DNA of 64,000 bases, from positions 210,159 through 274,158 of the forward strand of contig QPMI01000603.1 in assembly GCA_004431415.1 (NCBI GenBank). Reading direction: 5' to 3'. Below the pieces are notes generated by a model, which was not told the DNA's origin, searched no databases, and was given only the letters and a program-made list of their open reading frames with translations. The translations under genes were made by a program, and so were the position numbers. Within the stretch, counting starts at the first letter, position 1. Every line of letters starts with the position of its first letter. Of this stretch, positions 45,791 to 57,836 are shown piece by piece. This DNA comes from Cyanophora paradoxa CCMP329. Taxonomy: Eukaryota > Plantae > Glaucophyta.

Positions 45791-47185
45791 ATGGATGTTA
45801 CCTCGACCCTTCAACGTCTTTCTCTGAAAGAGGCGCTAACAACGCCCGAGGAAGCCAAAGCGTTCTTCCTCGATAACTCGCTTATGCTTGGTCTCGAATC
45901 GAAGACGAAACCCGTTCTCGTAACTGTTAGTCCATCGACAACCTATGACAACAACGTAGGTCAACGCGTTTCTTTCAAACTTCCCCGCTACAACTTTGTT
46001 GGTAAAATCGAACTCGCTTTCGATCTTCCCGAACTAACCGCTTTCGAAGGCGATACCGACCTGGTGCGCAATGGTTACACCCGCCCGTAGGTGCGCTTGT
46101 AGAGCGTCTTGAATTCTCGTATGGCTCGTATACCTACCACGTGCCGTCTGATTTCCTGGCGATTTTCCCACTGGTCTACTATTCAGAAGATCAACTGGCA
46201 AAAAAGAAGCGCTCTATGGGAATGCTCCATGGTATTCCCGCTCACGGAACCAACCGTAAAGGTGGCGCTTTCTTCGTTGAGATTCCGGTGCCGTGGTTGA
46301 ACCACTACCTACCACTTGGCGCTCTCTCGGGTGAAGCCGTTATCACTGTGTGGTTTAAGGAAGCCAACAAGGGTTACCTTGAAACTTCTTATGGTGGTCG
46401 CTCTCTTCCAGTTGTTACTGATGCTGCCGATAAATCCACCGATGATGGACTGGGAAGCGCTACCAATGTTACACTTGCTAATGTTGGTCAAAACATCACC
46501 ACTGGTGAAATTACTGGGTTCGAAGTTGCTGGAACTGTTCCTCCAATGACCCATTACATCTCCATTAAGTCTCCTCGTCTCTACATGCATGCTATTAACG
46601 TTTCAGATGAACTATTTGCTACTGTTATTGAGAAGGTTAAGACCACGGGGATGGCTATTCCGCTCTCGATATCGGTTTCGTCGATGCAATCGGTGTTCAG
46701 GCAAAAGGTAACACTCAACCCAACCGAATCAATCTTAGCCAAATCTCCGGTCTGGTTTATGCTCTTCTTGTCTCTGTTCGCGATGCTGATGGTGTCGATA
46801 CTTCCAATGGTTCTCACAGCGTCCTTAAAACGCTTGCGAATGCGAAGGATATCACGATGACTTGTGAGATCAATGGACAGCGTCTGTATTCCACGGAGCC
46901 AATCCGCTACTCAAAGGAGCGGAACTCATCGCCGATGCCTTCAAATGCTCAAACATGGACAAGGAAGCAAACCGTTACGTCCTTACCGGTCTTCCATTCT
47001 GTGTTGATGGTGAGAAGGCGATTCGCAACATTGCCCAATCTGGATATGTTGACCTTACGAACTCGTCGTCATCATTCCTTACTCTGTATCTTCCTGCTAA
47101 TCGCACAATTACTGTTAACGTTCGCGCTCTCATGCATTCGTTCATTATTGTCGATAAGGACGGAATTCGCCGCATTAATCTCTAA
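45791..47185 (+). CDS. Double-jelly-roll major capsid protein, frameshifted
   Basis: GQRVSFKLPRYNFVGKIELAFDLP, VEIPVPW..YLPLGAL..ITVWFK and beta-rich C-terminal GYVDLTN..VRALMHSFIIVD. About 460 codons, between penton and ATPase. Confidence 0.75.
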
Positions 47186-47246
47186 ACCATTATCAGTAAG
47201 ATTTTGTTATTTTTATCTATCTTTATTAAGAAAGATCTACTACGCC

Positions 47247-48027
47247 ATGTCCGACGTTCCTGAATTTAATGCTGGTGAGATGATAAACCCACCATTCCGT
47301 GTCTTAGCAATTGGAAAATCTGCGACGGGTAAAAGCGAAGCGGTCAAGTATTGGCTAAAACAGCTACATGATGCGAAAAAGATAGATGTGGTTCTCGTTG
47401 TAAGTGGGACGAGTTTCAATCATTTCTGGGATAAAGTAGCAACATTGCAACTCGGTAAATGGGATGCGCCTTACATCGCTAAACTTCTCGATGAAAGACA
47501 AGAGAAAATTGAGAAAGGAGAACCGTTAACCATTATGTGTCGTTCTCGATGATCTTATAGACAATGAGATAGTCGATCTAACCCGTGATAAAATTATTGG
47601 AAGTCTTTACAGCCGTGGAAGACATTCGAAAATTTCGATTATCTGCATAACTCAGAAACTGCGTAAGGTTTCTTCAACCATTCGCGTTAATTCGGATTAT
47701 GCAATGTTCCTTAGTGCCGCCAATCGCAAAGAACTGGAAGCCATTGAAGAAGAATACAATATCATGCGGGATAAAGACGCTTTCTATAAGATGTTTGAGG
47801 AATACGTTCACTCCTATCAGTTTCTCATTTGGAGTTCTGCGAATTATTCGGTGGAATACTATGTTGATAAAGCGGAACTCGTTAAAGAGTTTGGGTTTCC
47901 TCGGTTTCACAGAAAGCCCAAAAAGAAAGAAGACGAATTAAAACCACCCGAGAAGGAGGAAGCGCCGAAAGAGATAAAGAGCGCTGTTCACACGAATAAG
48001 TTGATGCGATATAAGAGGGGATTGTAA
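47247..48027 (+). CDS. A32/FtsK-HerA genome-packaging ATPase, frameshifted near 47535
   Basis: Walker A GKSATGKS, Walker B VVLDDL, SRGRHSKISIICITQ, IRVNSDY. Confidence 0.92.
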
Positions 48028-48055
48028 AATTATCTCTGTATGTTATAAATATACA

Positions 48056-48786
48056 ATGCCGCCGAAACGTAGAGGTGTTCCCGCTGGTGCTATGTCATAT
48101 TCCGGCGGTGAAAGTCATGGATCTCTCAACACCACACCCATGAAATTCAACGGAATGAGCGAAGTGAAACCATCACAACAGGAAGAAGACCCTTAAATGC
48201 CGCTTATGAAGAAGCGCCCGGTGATAAAGCGCCGCAAACATCCCAAAGTGAGCAATTGAACATCTCGCCGGAAGTCTCGAAGATGAAGGCGGTCGGTGAA
48301 GGCGCCCGTCGGATTATCGGTGCTGCCGATGATCGTGAACTCGGTCTCAAAGATCTTTCCCTCGCTCGCAAGGGTGAAGGTGTTTCCAAAGAATCCGACA
48401 AGGTAATTCAATCGATGGCTGGTGAAGTTACTTACAAGGTTGCGCCAACTCAAAACATCCACCGAATCCCGAAAGCGCAATGGGATGAGATGACCGCTAA
48501 ATTAAAGGATCTGGAAGCAAAATCAAGCGCTCTTGAACAGTATGTAACTGAGAAGAAGGAGCGATCGAAAATCAAGGAAATGCTGCGCAAAGAGGTATTC
48601 CGAATGGGTATTACTGGTGTTCCTGATAAGCAGTTTATTGGTAAGAAGGAGACCCAAATTGACGAACAAGCGGTAGATGAGTTGAAGACAAAGACCCAAA
48701 AGGGAACTGTTGAACCTGGTGCTACCAAAGCGGAAGTCGACAAAGGTGTAGCTCCCACAGCATACAAGCGGAGAGTTTGGCTTTAA
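48056..48786 (+). CDS. Viral hypothetical Lys/Glu-rich (core-like) protein, probably one frameshifted gene
   Basis: ATG 48056 (MPPKRRG) follows an AT-rich leader and the product continues in ORF 48256..48786. Confidence 0.5.
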
Positions 48787-48812
48787 TTATATATTGTTTA
48801 AAGAGGGAATCA

Positions 48813-49031
48813 ATGGAGTTTCTGAAAAAGATCATTGAGATGTTTGAGATGCATTGCGTAACCGATTGTCACAATGACTGCTGCGATACGAAATTCGAAA
48901 TGGATTTCTCAGATGGTGGAAGCAATGGAGGGCGAAGGCAATCGCAAGATTCGATAACAACTGAGACAGTCACCGTTACGGAAACTGAGACTGTCCGTCG
49001 CCGATCGTTTTCGCATAACGATCATAAATAA
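48813..49031 (+). CDS. Small Cys-rich viral hypothetical protein
   Basis: 72-aa ORF MEFLKKIIEMFEMHCVTDCHNDCC after an AT-rich leader. Confidence 0.5.
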   Translation: MEFLKKIIEMFEMHCVTDCHNDCCDTKFEMDFSDGGSNGGRRQSQDSITTETVTVTETETVRRRSFSHNDHK

Positions 49032-49239
49032 TATCTTTGGTTATGGTATCAAATGTCACTCGAAGAGATCTACGACATCATACTATCGAAACGAAGGATT
49101 TACGCCGTTAAATCTGCAATTGAAGAACGTAGACACCAACTGGCTTTGGTCAACAAAAAATGACACCATAAAATACTTAAAGACATCAGGCATAATACAG
49201 AGTGGTAAAACATTTTCTCAACTACATATAAAGGGGAAC

Positions 49240-49476
49240 ATGGCGACTGTAATTCATATAACCGAAGACATGATTAGCGTTGTCGAATTCGGCGATGAAG
49301 AAGAGGAGACCCGCGCCAATTACAAGATGAGAGATGCTCTAAGGAAGCGAACGCTCTACAACGAAGACCCCGTTTATCGGGAGTATAAGAAGGCGCAATC
49401 GCTCGCTTCATATTATCGTCGTAAGGAGCGGGAGGGAATCGAAAACAAGTCACGGGGACGTCCACGAAAGTATTGA
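49240..49476 (+). CDS. Small basic DNA-binding protein with C-terminal AT-hook
   Basis: Ends SRGRPRKY. TATAAA upstream. Confidence 0.55.
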   Translation: MATVIHITEDMISVVEFGDEEEETRANYKMRDALRKRTLYNEDPVYREYKKAQSLASYYRRKEREGIENKSRGRPRKY

Positions 49477-49682
49477 GGGAAATACCCATTTGACCGCTGA
49501 ACCCAATTACTCATTTTTCGAGCGGTCTATCGATATGCTTCGATAGATCCGTAACCATCTCCCGATTGCCGTTTTTGGTAATTGAAGAGATATCAACCAC
49601 TTAAAGGTTAGCCGCCAAAAAATGACAGGAATCCGGAGAAACTCTTTTCTCCATCATAGATAAGACACCCCCGATTATCGAA

Positions 49683-52024
49683 ATGAACGCTGCCGCCAAG
49701 AAATCCCTGAAACGCCTTGTTGATTGGCTTCGTGAAGACGATGTCCTGTCTGAGAATATCGTAATACCCGTTGATCCCGATACCAAAAAACCCCTTTTCG
49801 CCCATAAAGACGGATCGTGGACTTGGGATAAATTCGATGAAGCCCTGAAATCCGGTAAGTATGTTGCTTGGGGCATTCTCGCTCGCAATATCGTGGTTAT
49901 CGACTTCGACCAAGAGGAGGATTTCACCAAATTCGAGGAGCAATTCCCCGATGATTTCGGTGGTGTCAATCCTCTTGCTAAAACCAAAAAAGGATATCAT
50001 GTTTACTTCTCTCGTCCTTCTGACTTCGATGCTGTGAAGATCTGGGATAAAGCGGGTGCTTTCAAAGGTTATCCTAAGATCGACTGTAAGACAATTGCGT
50101 CCACTGGAACTGCTGGGTTGATCAACGTTTCCCCAAGCCCCGGTAAAACTTGGATCAGAGAACCATGGGCGGAAGGCTGTGAGTTGATCGAACCGAGTGC
50201 TGAACTCCAAAAGTGGATGATTGACAACTACCTTTTTCCGAAAGGCGGACACTCTTCTATTGATAGGAGCATTGAAGAGGATTTGCAGAAACACATTCTC
50301 CGGAAACTTGAAGAATTTGGTTTCATCTTACCCACAATCATTAATGAGACCGAGAAGGGTTACAGTTTCACTGCTGAGAACAAAGGTCTGATTTGTCCCT
50401 GCTGCAAGGGAAGCCATGACTCCAACAATTGGTATATACTTCAAGGGAACGAGAAAGACAAGTATATTGTTTCAAGTTATAGCACCAATTGCAAGAAGCG
50501 AGTTATGACGGTTCGCGTTCAAGCTGATACCGATGTTCAGATTGAAAAGCTAATTGATCGGTCGATTGGATCTGATGGCGGACATTATGATGTTGCCCAG
50601 GTTGCTTTTCTTGTTCTGCGAGACAGCTACAAGTATTCAAACAAGACGTGGTTCAAGTTCAACGAGGCTTACGGAATCTGGGAGATGGATGAGACCGGGA
50701 AACGAATCTATCTGTGTTTGAGTTGCAGGGTTTGCCCGGCTTATCTTCAACGTGCTGTGCAATTCGCTCAGAGAGCGCTTCGTGATGAAGAGAATCGTGC
50801 ATCTTTGGAGGAGAGATCACAGGTTCTTCTTGGTATCGCAAAGAAACTCAAACAGACTAATTACCGAACTTCTCTTCTGTCTGATCTCACAGTTCTGATG
50901 AACGATAAGACATTCTTCGAGAGACTTGATACTGTTACCAATGTGATTGGATTCACAAATGGCGTATTTGATCTGAATTCTATGACTTTCCGAAGGGGAC
51001 TCCCAGAAGACATGATCAGTAAGACTGTTGGTTATGATTATTGCCCCGAGGTGGATTCTGTGAAAGTCACCAAGATCCTTTCCATCTACTCTGACATCAT
51101 CGAAGAGGAAATTGAGCGCAATTTCGTGATGGGTTCGATCGCTTTCTCTCTGAGTGGTCGCACAGATATTCAAAAGTTCAATTTCTGGACTGGAATTGGA
51201 GCCAATGGTAAATCTCTCGTTCAGGAGATGGTCAAGCAAACATTCGGACAGTATTTCGGAACAATCAATATGTCATATTGGACGAAACCGAAAAAGAATG
51301 CATCAGACGCTACACCTGAACTTGCGGATATTCTGGGTCGTCGCATTATCTTTTCAAATGAAGCGGAAGATGGCGACAAGCTTCAAATTAGCAAGATCAA
51401 AGAGATTACAGGTGGTAACGAGATGAAGGTTCGCGCCCTGTTCAAAGATCCTGTTACCTACATTCCTATGGGTCAAATCTTCTTATCGACGAATGAGAAC
51501 CTGGGATGAGTAAACCCGATGCTGCGATTTACCGGCGACTCTCTTACTATCGTTTCTCTTGCGTCTTCAAGCCCAACCCTCAACCTGGTGAGAAGAAAGC
51601 GGATACTTCACTTATGTCCATCATGAATGACGACGAATACAAGATGGCTCAAATGTCGATCTTCTTGGACATGTGGAAGAAACAGGATCTTGCACAGCTG
51701 CTGATGAATCCGCCACAGTCTATCATCGATCAGGGACTGGAATACTTCAATGATAACGATAAAATCGGGGAGTGGCTCCGCAGCACTTATGAGAAGACTG
51801 GAAGCCGAAACGATTTCATTAGGAGTGAAGCTATCATTACTGGCTATCGTTCTGTTGATGATAAAACCGATGCCGCCAGTATTGGAAAGCGAGTCCGCGA
51901 AGTCTTTAATGTGAAGTCTGAAACTGTTCGAGAAAGAGGTCAGGTGAAGCGTGGTTACTTCGGACTGAAAAAGAAGATTATGATTGAGGACGACGATGAC
52001 GACGACGTAGAGGCTCCCAACTAA
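49683..52024 (+). CDS. PrimPol (AEP) - Zn ribbon - D5/P4-like SF3 helicase fusion, one frameshift near 51505
   Basis: VVIDFD..TKKGYHVYF (primase), CPCCKGSHDSNN, IGFTNGVFDL (D5_N), WTGIGANGKS (Walker A), FSNE, IKEITGG..RALF, AIYRRL. The start may lie slightly upstream. Confidence 0.92.
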
Positions 52025-52091
52025 TTACAACAAAACATACTATTCTTACTGATAATTCATACTTTTTTTATAACCTTACTGAAAACAGTAA

Positions 52092-52183
52092 GTGTAACAG
52101 GTGTAACAGGTAAATCCCAAACTTCGCTCCTAGGGAGGTGAAAATCCGAAAACTTTGGATTTACCTGTTACACCCGTTACACC
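52092..52183. promoter_or_regulatory. Third iteron-palindrome module immediately downstream of the primase-helicase gene
   Basis: GTGTAACAGGTGTAACAGGTAAATCCCAAA...TTTGGATTTACCTGTTACACCCGTTACACC. Its spacer approximates the reverse complement of the subterminal module spacers. Confidence 0.6.
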
Positions 52184-52443
52184 GAATAAAAAATAAAAAA
52201 TTGACTGGTGATTTAAAAATTGAACGTGTGTCTCAGTTGAAAATGAATAGCGTCAAAATGAACCAATCGGTTGTGGAAGGTGATTTGGAAGAGGTTGCAA
52301 AGTTCATAAAGTATAATTGTGGTATCAATAACAGGCGGAAGAGAAACTATGTTACTATATATATTCCAAAGGAAACAACGGTGAGAATCATTAGAACTTA
52401 ATGCGTTCAAAATCCAAAATAAAAATGTTCCTTTATAGCAAAG

Positions 52444-55400
52444 ATGCCCCGCCAAACGAACAGACTGATCAAAGAAAAGAAAAATGAAATACTTGGATTG
52501 TTAGGAACTCTCTTAGTTACAGGTGAGATCACCGAAGCGGAATACGATAGAGAAGCCGCCATCTTAGATAGACGACCGCGATTAGGTCAACTCACTGAGA
52601 TTGCAAATGACCTCTACGATCGCATGCAACGAATGGAGGAATTTATGGTGAAGGACAGAGATTAGGAGCAATTGAACCGGATATCGAAGATGGACAAGCG
52701 ATGAATCAAGCGTATTCGTGGTTGACCTATCGCGCCCGAAATGAAGTTGTCGTGGATGCTATCGAATTCCTCGAAAGAATCGCACCAAGTCTACCGCAAC
52801 GCATTAAAACCGCTTAGAGCAACTGAGAGCCGTTAAAGTCCGTCTGACTTTCGTTTGCAAATTTACCAAAGTAGGTAATCCGCGCATCTATATCACCAAA
52901 TTCATTTACAGCGATTATTTCGTAATTACCCGATCCCGCAACATAGACACAGAAGTTCGCAAAGCGTTACAGAAAATGCAAGAGGAAATGACGCAAGTGG
53001 ATAGTTACCGTTTGGAGAAGATCGAAATACTTAGAGGCATTATCATGTCTTATGCACCTGTGGGAGGATGCTATTTCGCAACTCCCGAATGGATCGCATC
53101 CAAGAAAGCGACGGTGAATGTTAAGAATATCGACGGGCAAGATTGCTTCAAGTATGCGATTTTGGCTTACCTGCATCGAAAGGACATCAATAAACACAAG
53201 AGTAACGAACCGAGCCAATACCGCCGATGGTTAAATGAACTCAATTTCGATGGTATTCAGTTTCCCGTTGCCTGTGATGCTGAGGTAATCGATCGATTCG
53301 AAGAACTGAACCCCGAACTCTCTATTAACATTTACGGAGCCGATAACGCCAAAGAGTGTTTCTATCCTCTCCATCAATCAAGTAACCCAAGAAGAAAGAC
53401 CAAGATTAATCTTTTACTTATCGAAAACACCGAAGATGATCGGGGACACTACATTACTATCATGTCTTTTAGTCGTCTTCTGAAAACTACGTTTGATAAA
53501 GCATGTGATGGTCGCATTTACTACTGTGAAACCTGCTTGTCGCGTTTCAGAACTCAGGAGAAATTAGACATGCATGTTGAAGCGAATCGCTGCATTGATT
53601 GGAGGGAGAGCAAAGGCAAATGCCCAAAAGCGGGAAGCGTAATTGAATTCGGTCTGCAACACTTGCGTAAAACTGTGTGGCTCCCTGTGATCTGTTACGT
53701 TAAAGTCGAAGATCATTCGGTCGCTATTGATGCTCAGAGGAGTAAACGTGAGATTAAAGCGGTTTCATTGCGAGTGGTAATGGGAGACGAAGTGAGAGCA
53801 TACCATTTCGAGGGAATCGATCCGCTCGGTTCTCTCTTTGTAACTCTCCAAGATATCAGACCCGAAATCGTTGAGACGCTATTTAGAAATATTCCGATGC
53901 ATCCACTCACAGATGATCAGAAGGCGGAATACAAGGTAACAAAACACTGTTACATTTGCTCTCAGAGATTCACCCACGAAAACTTCCCGGTTCGAGATCA
54001 TTGCCACCAATCCGGCGATTTCATCGGAAAGGCATGCCGAAACTGTAACCTCCACCGGCGAATTTCGAAGCAAACCAAAGTAGCTATCGTGGTGGATCAC
54101 ATGGATGAATGCGGACACGGAATATTCCGCAAGATTGCACAGCAAGACGATAAACTTCGTGTTGAGATTCTGAGCAAGAATTTCGATCAATACCTATCGC
54201 TTCAATGGGCATGTGGAAGTTCATTGATGCTTCCCATTTCATGGATTTCCAATCTGTGGATGTGGGCGATTTAATGAGAAAGTTTGAAGCATTCCGCAAA
54301 TTGGCGTTTTCTCAATATGGATTGGATCCCGCACATTATGTTAGCGCACCAGGTCTCTCTTGGGACGCTATGCTCAAACATACGAAAGTTAAGATTGAAC
54401 TTATCGATGATGTAGAGAAATACGAATTTGTTGAGAGAGCCATTAGAGGTGGATTTGCTACCATGCCCACACGATACGCAAAGGTAGAGAATGCTGACGA
54501 TCATATAGTTTTGTTGGACGCAAATAATCTTTATGGGTATGCTCTCAGCCAACCACTACCTATCGGAGATTATCGATGGAAGATGTCACAGAGGCACTTA
54601 AAGAGGTAGAGGGTCGAAGCGCATTTATTGAAGTTGACCTTGAATACCCCACATCGCTTGAAGAACATTATGATTTCCCACTGATTGTGAATAAAGAAGT
54701 GATCACCAATGAGATGCTTGGTGATTATCAACAGAAACTATTAGATCTGACGGGCGAAAAGATCAGCAAAGACCCCAAACTTACAGCGACATTTACACCC
54801 AAGAATAAATACGTGATTGCTCGACCTCTTCTTAATTACATCGTTAAGAAGGGTGTTGAAATCAAGAAAATAAATAAGGTTCTCTCTTTCGCTACTTCCC
54901 CATTCATGAAGTCTTACATTGGTTTGAATACTCTTCTCAGGCATGAATCTACTAACCATTTCGAAAGCGACTTCTTTAAACTCATGAACAATGCAATTTA
55001 CGGTAAATGCTTGGAATCTTGCAGGGGTCGCTCAACTGTCAAGATCGCTAACAGTGAGAAACTCTGTAAGAAATACGCAGCAAGTCCGCTTATCAAAGCG
55101 ACCAATGTATTAAACGAGAATGCCGTTGCCTTTGAGATGTATTCGAAGCATGTGAACTTAGATAAACCCGTAGCAATTGGCGCTTTCGTTTTGGATTTTG
55201 CGAAACTACATAACTATCGGTTCTTCTATGATGTAGTAAGGAAGAAGTGGGAAACCGCTAAATTACTGTTCCACGATACCGATTCGTTCTGTCTTTTCCT
55301 GAAAACCAATAATCTGAACGAAGATATGAAAGAGATAGGTGAGTATCTCGATAGGAGCAATTACGATAAATCCCATCCTCTCGTGAGTATCAAAAACCGC

Positions 55401-55721
55401 ATGGTTCCAGGTAAATATAAAAATGAGTTCCCAAATGCAAAGATCATGGAGTATGTGGGTCTGAGATCGAAACTCTATGCTTTCAGAACTGAGACCAACG
55501 AAAGAGTAAAGATGTCGGGGACTTCCTCGAAAGAGGTTCATTTTGATGATTTTAAGAGATGTCTGTTCGAAGGCATCATAAAAACAGTATCAGTAACAAA
55601 CAAGCGAAGGCAAGACCACAACTTATATGACTTGGAGAGCAGAAGGGTCGCTCTAAACCAACTCGATAGCAAACGGAAGATATCAGCCGACGGCATTCAC
55701 AGCATTCCATTTGGTCTTTAA
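52444..55721 (+). CDS. Protein-primed family B DNA polymerase polyprotein (TP-like, vOTU-like, EndoVII-like insert, degenerate Exo, Pol), frameshifted
   Basis: KKATVNVKNIDGQDCF..GHY, VRDHCHQSG..ACRNCNL, YGLDPAHY..APGLSWDAMLK, AIRGG, LDANNLYG, FKLMNNAIYGK, HDTDS, GLRSKLY. Confidence 0.93.
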
Positions 55722-55906
55722 TATACTTGCTCAATACTTCTCTTTTTATTTTTTCGATCTCCAAGTAGCAGCAAACCACGGATCAGATGCAGCAACCATA
55801 TGCACCTTAAACCGGGGTCATTTGGATCGATCGCAAAGTAGTTTGGTTTCGGGTGTTCTGTCCAAACCGGCTCGTCCATTATTAATATATTGAAAATAAA
55901 GTAAAG

Positions 55907-57306
55907 ATGCCCTCAGCACAGATAGGATTGCGACCCATTCCTAAAATCGTAAAGAAGAGCATGAAAGAAGACCAAGGGAACATGCTACCGATAACCATTC
56001 CGGTCGAAGAGAAGAACACACGAATCTTAAAGAAGTCGGAGATGGTTAAACAACTGATCCCGGAGGCATTGCCTACTGAGACTGTAACGAAAGAATCGAA
56101 GATCGCGAAGAAGTTTTACGATCCGCGCACAGGTTACAAAGGTTTCGGGGCAATGAGAAAGGAACTACCAGAGGAAGACTACAAGAAGATGAGAGAATGG
56201 TATGATAAACAGGAAGTCGTTCAGATAAACGCACCGACCCTTTCAAGAAAGAGAGATCCGATGATTCCGATTCGGCAACCTCTCGATACCTACGTAATCG
56301 ATCTGCTCTTCTTCCCAGCATACAAGAACCAAAACGACGGATACGATACGTTCATGTCCGCGATGGAATCTACCTTACGCACGGGTTACATCATTCCGAT
56401 GAGAGATAAGAGCGCTCTTAGGCGCTTGCGGCGTTTGAACAGCTACAACGAAGAGTTCCTCGACCTATCGCACGCGTTCAGAGTGACAGCGGAAGCGAGT
56501 TCACAAATAACATGTTCACGAATTACCTTGCTAAGAAGTTCATAGACCATCAGATAAGCGATGTCGCAGATCATCGAAGCCAAGGTAGAATCGAAGCGTT
56601 TAACAAGCAGATCAAACGATTGATCACGAACTATTGCATAGCAAACAACACAGCGCGATTCTTCGATGTATTGGGAGACATTGAGTATAACTATAATAAT
56701 ACCATCCACTCAGCAACCAAGAGAAAACCAGCAGAAACGACGGAAGATCATTACCGTGAGATTATCGGATTAGAAGATGAGAGGTTCAAGAAGTCGATTG
56801 CTTACTTGGATGGTATCAAACAGGGTATGTTTGTGAGAGTGAGAATAGAAAAGAACCCATTCGCTAAACAAGGTGTCAATTGGTCGCGAATCGTCTATAC
56901 TGTCGAAGGGAGAGAGGGTTTCAAGTTCAGGTTGCGAAATCCGAACGGCGAAATGGTCGAAGGGAGATTCGCTTTCCACGAACTGTTACCTATCAAAGGT
57001 GTTGAGTATCACGAAGCGCCCACAGTGGATGCACTTGAACAAGCGAAAGAAGAAGCCCGGGTCGATTCGGCAATTCGCAAGGAAGGCATCGAAAAAGCGG
57101 ATGACGTCCCAGAAGAACCGTTAACACAAGCCAGAACCAAGAAGAAAGGTAAGGCGGAACGTGAATTAAAGAAGTTAACCATAGCAGGAACCCAGAAACT
57201 ATCAGAAGTCAACAGTCAGAGATGGTATACAGACTTTCAGACCTCAAAAGAGACATATTCAGCCCCACAAACCCGGGTAAATCTAAGATCCAGTTCGCGA
57301 AAGTAG
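55907..57306 (+). CDS. Retroviral-type (rve) DDE integrase, frameshifted near 56420
   Basis: YVIDL..NDGY, QSDSGSEF, GRIEAFNKQIK, YNNTIHSATKRKP, VRV..NWS..VY. Confidence 0.92.
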
Positions 57307-57420
57307 CATAGATGTGTAGAGGATGCAAAGAGGATTCCGGCGATGGTCGCGGTTTCGAAAATGGATGAGTTGGTGAAGAGTTACAGCAGTGTGTATGAAT
57401 TTCTTGGAATTTTGGGTTCA

Positions 57421-57657
57421 GTTATCATATCATACCTCTCCCCCCGGTTATCATATCATATCATACTTTCCCCCCCCAGTTATCATACTTCTCCCCCCCA
57501 GTTATCATACTTCTCCCCCCCAGTTATCATACTTCCCCCCAGTTATCATAATTAATCCCCCAGTTATCATAATTCATCCCCCAGTTATCATATCATACTT
57601 CTCCCCCCCAGTTATCATACTTCATCCCCCAGTTATCATATCACACTTCTTCCCCCA
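57421..57657. repeat. Minisatellite, 10 units of GTTATCATA..C4-8 (19-32 bp), between convergent integrase and patatin genes
   Basis: GTTATCATA at 57421, 57447, 57479, 57501, 57523, 57542, 57563, 57584, 57611 and 57632. Confidence 0.93.
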
Positions 57658-57836
57658 ATGACGTCACGACATATATACCGCATATATACACGTGACGTCA
57701 CGACATATATACACTATATATACCAAAACCTCCGTAATGCCGGTTGACCAAGAAAAAAATGTTTGGAAAAAATGTATATATACGTATACATATACATATA
57801 TATAATCAAAAAATCGGAAAAAATTCCCTCTCTTTT

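Noticed and set aside
57421-57657. Second possible CRISPR-like array
   Set aside because: No unique spacers; variation is only slippage of ATCAT and C-runs.
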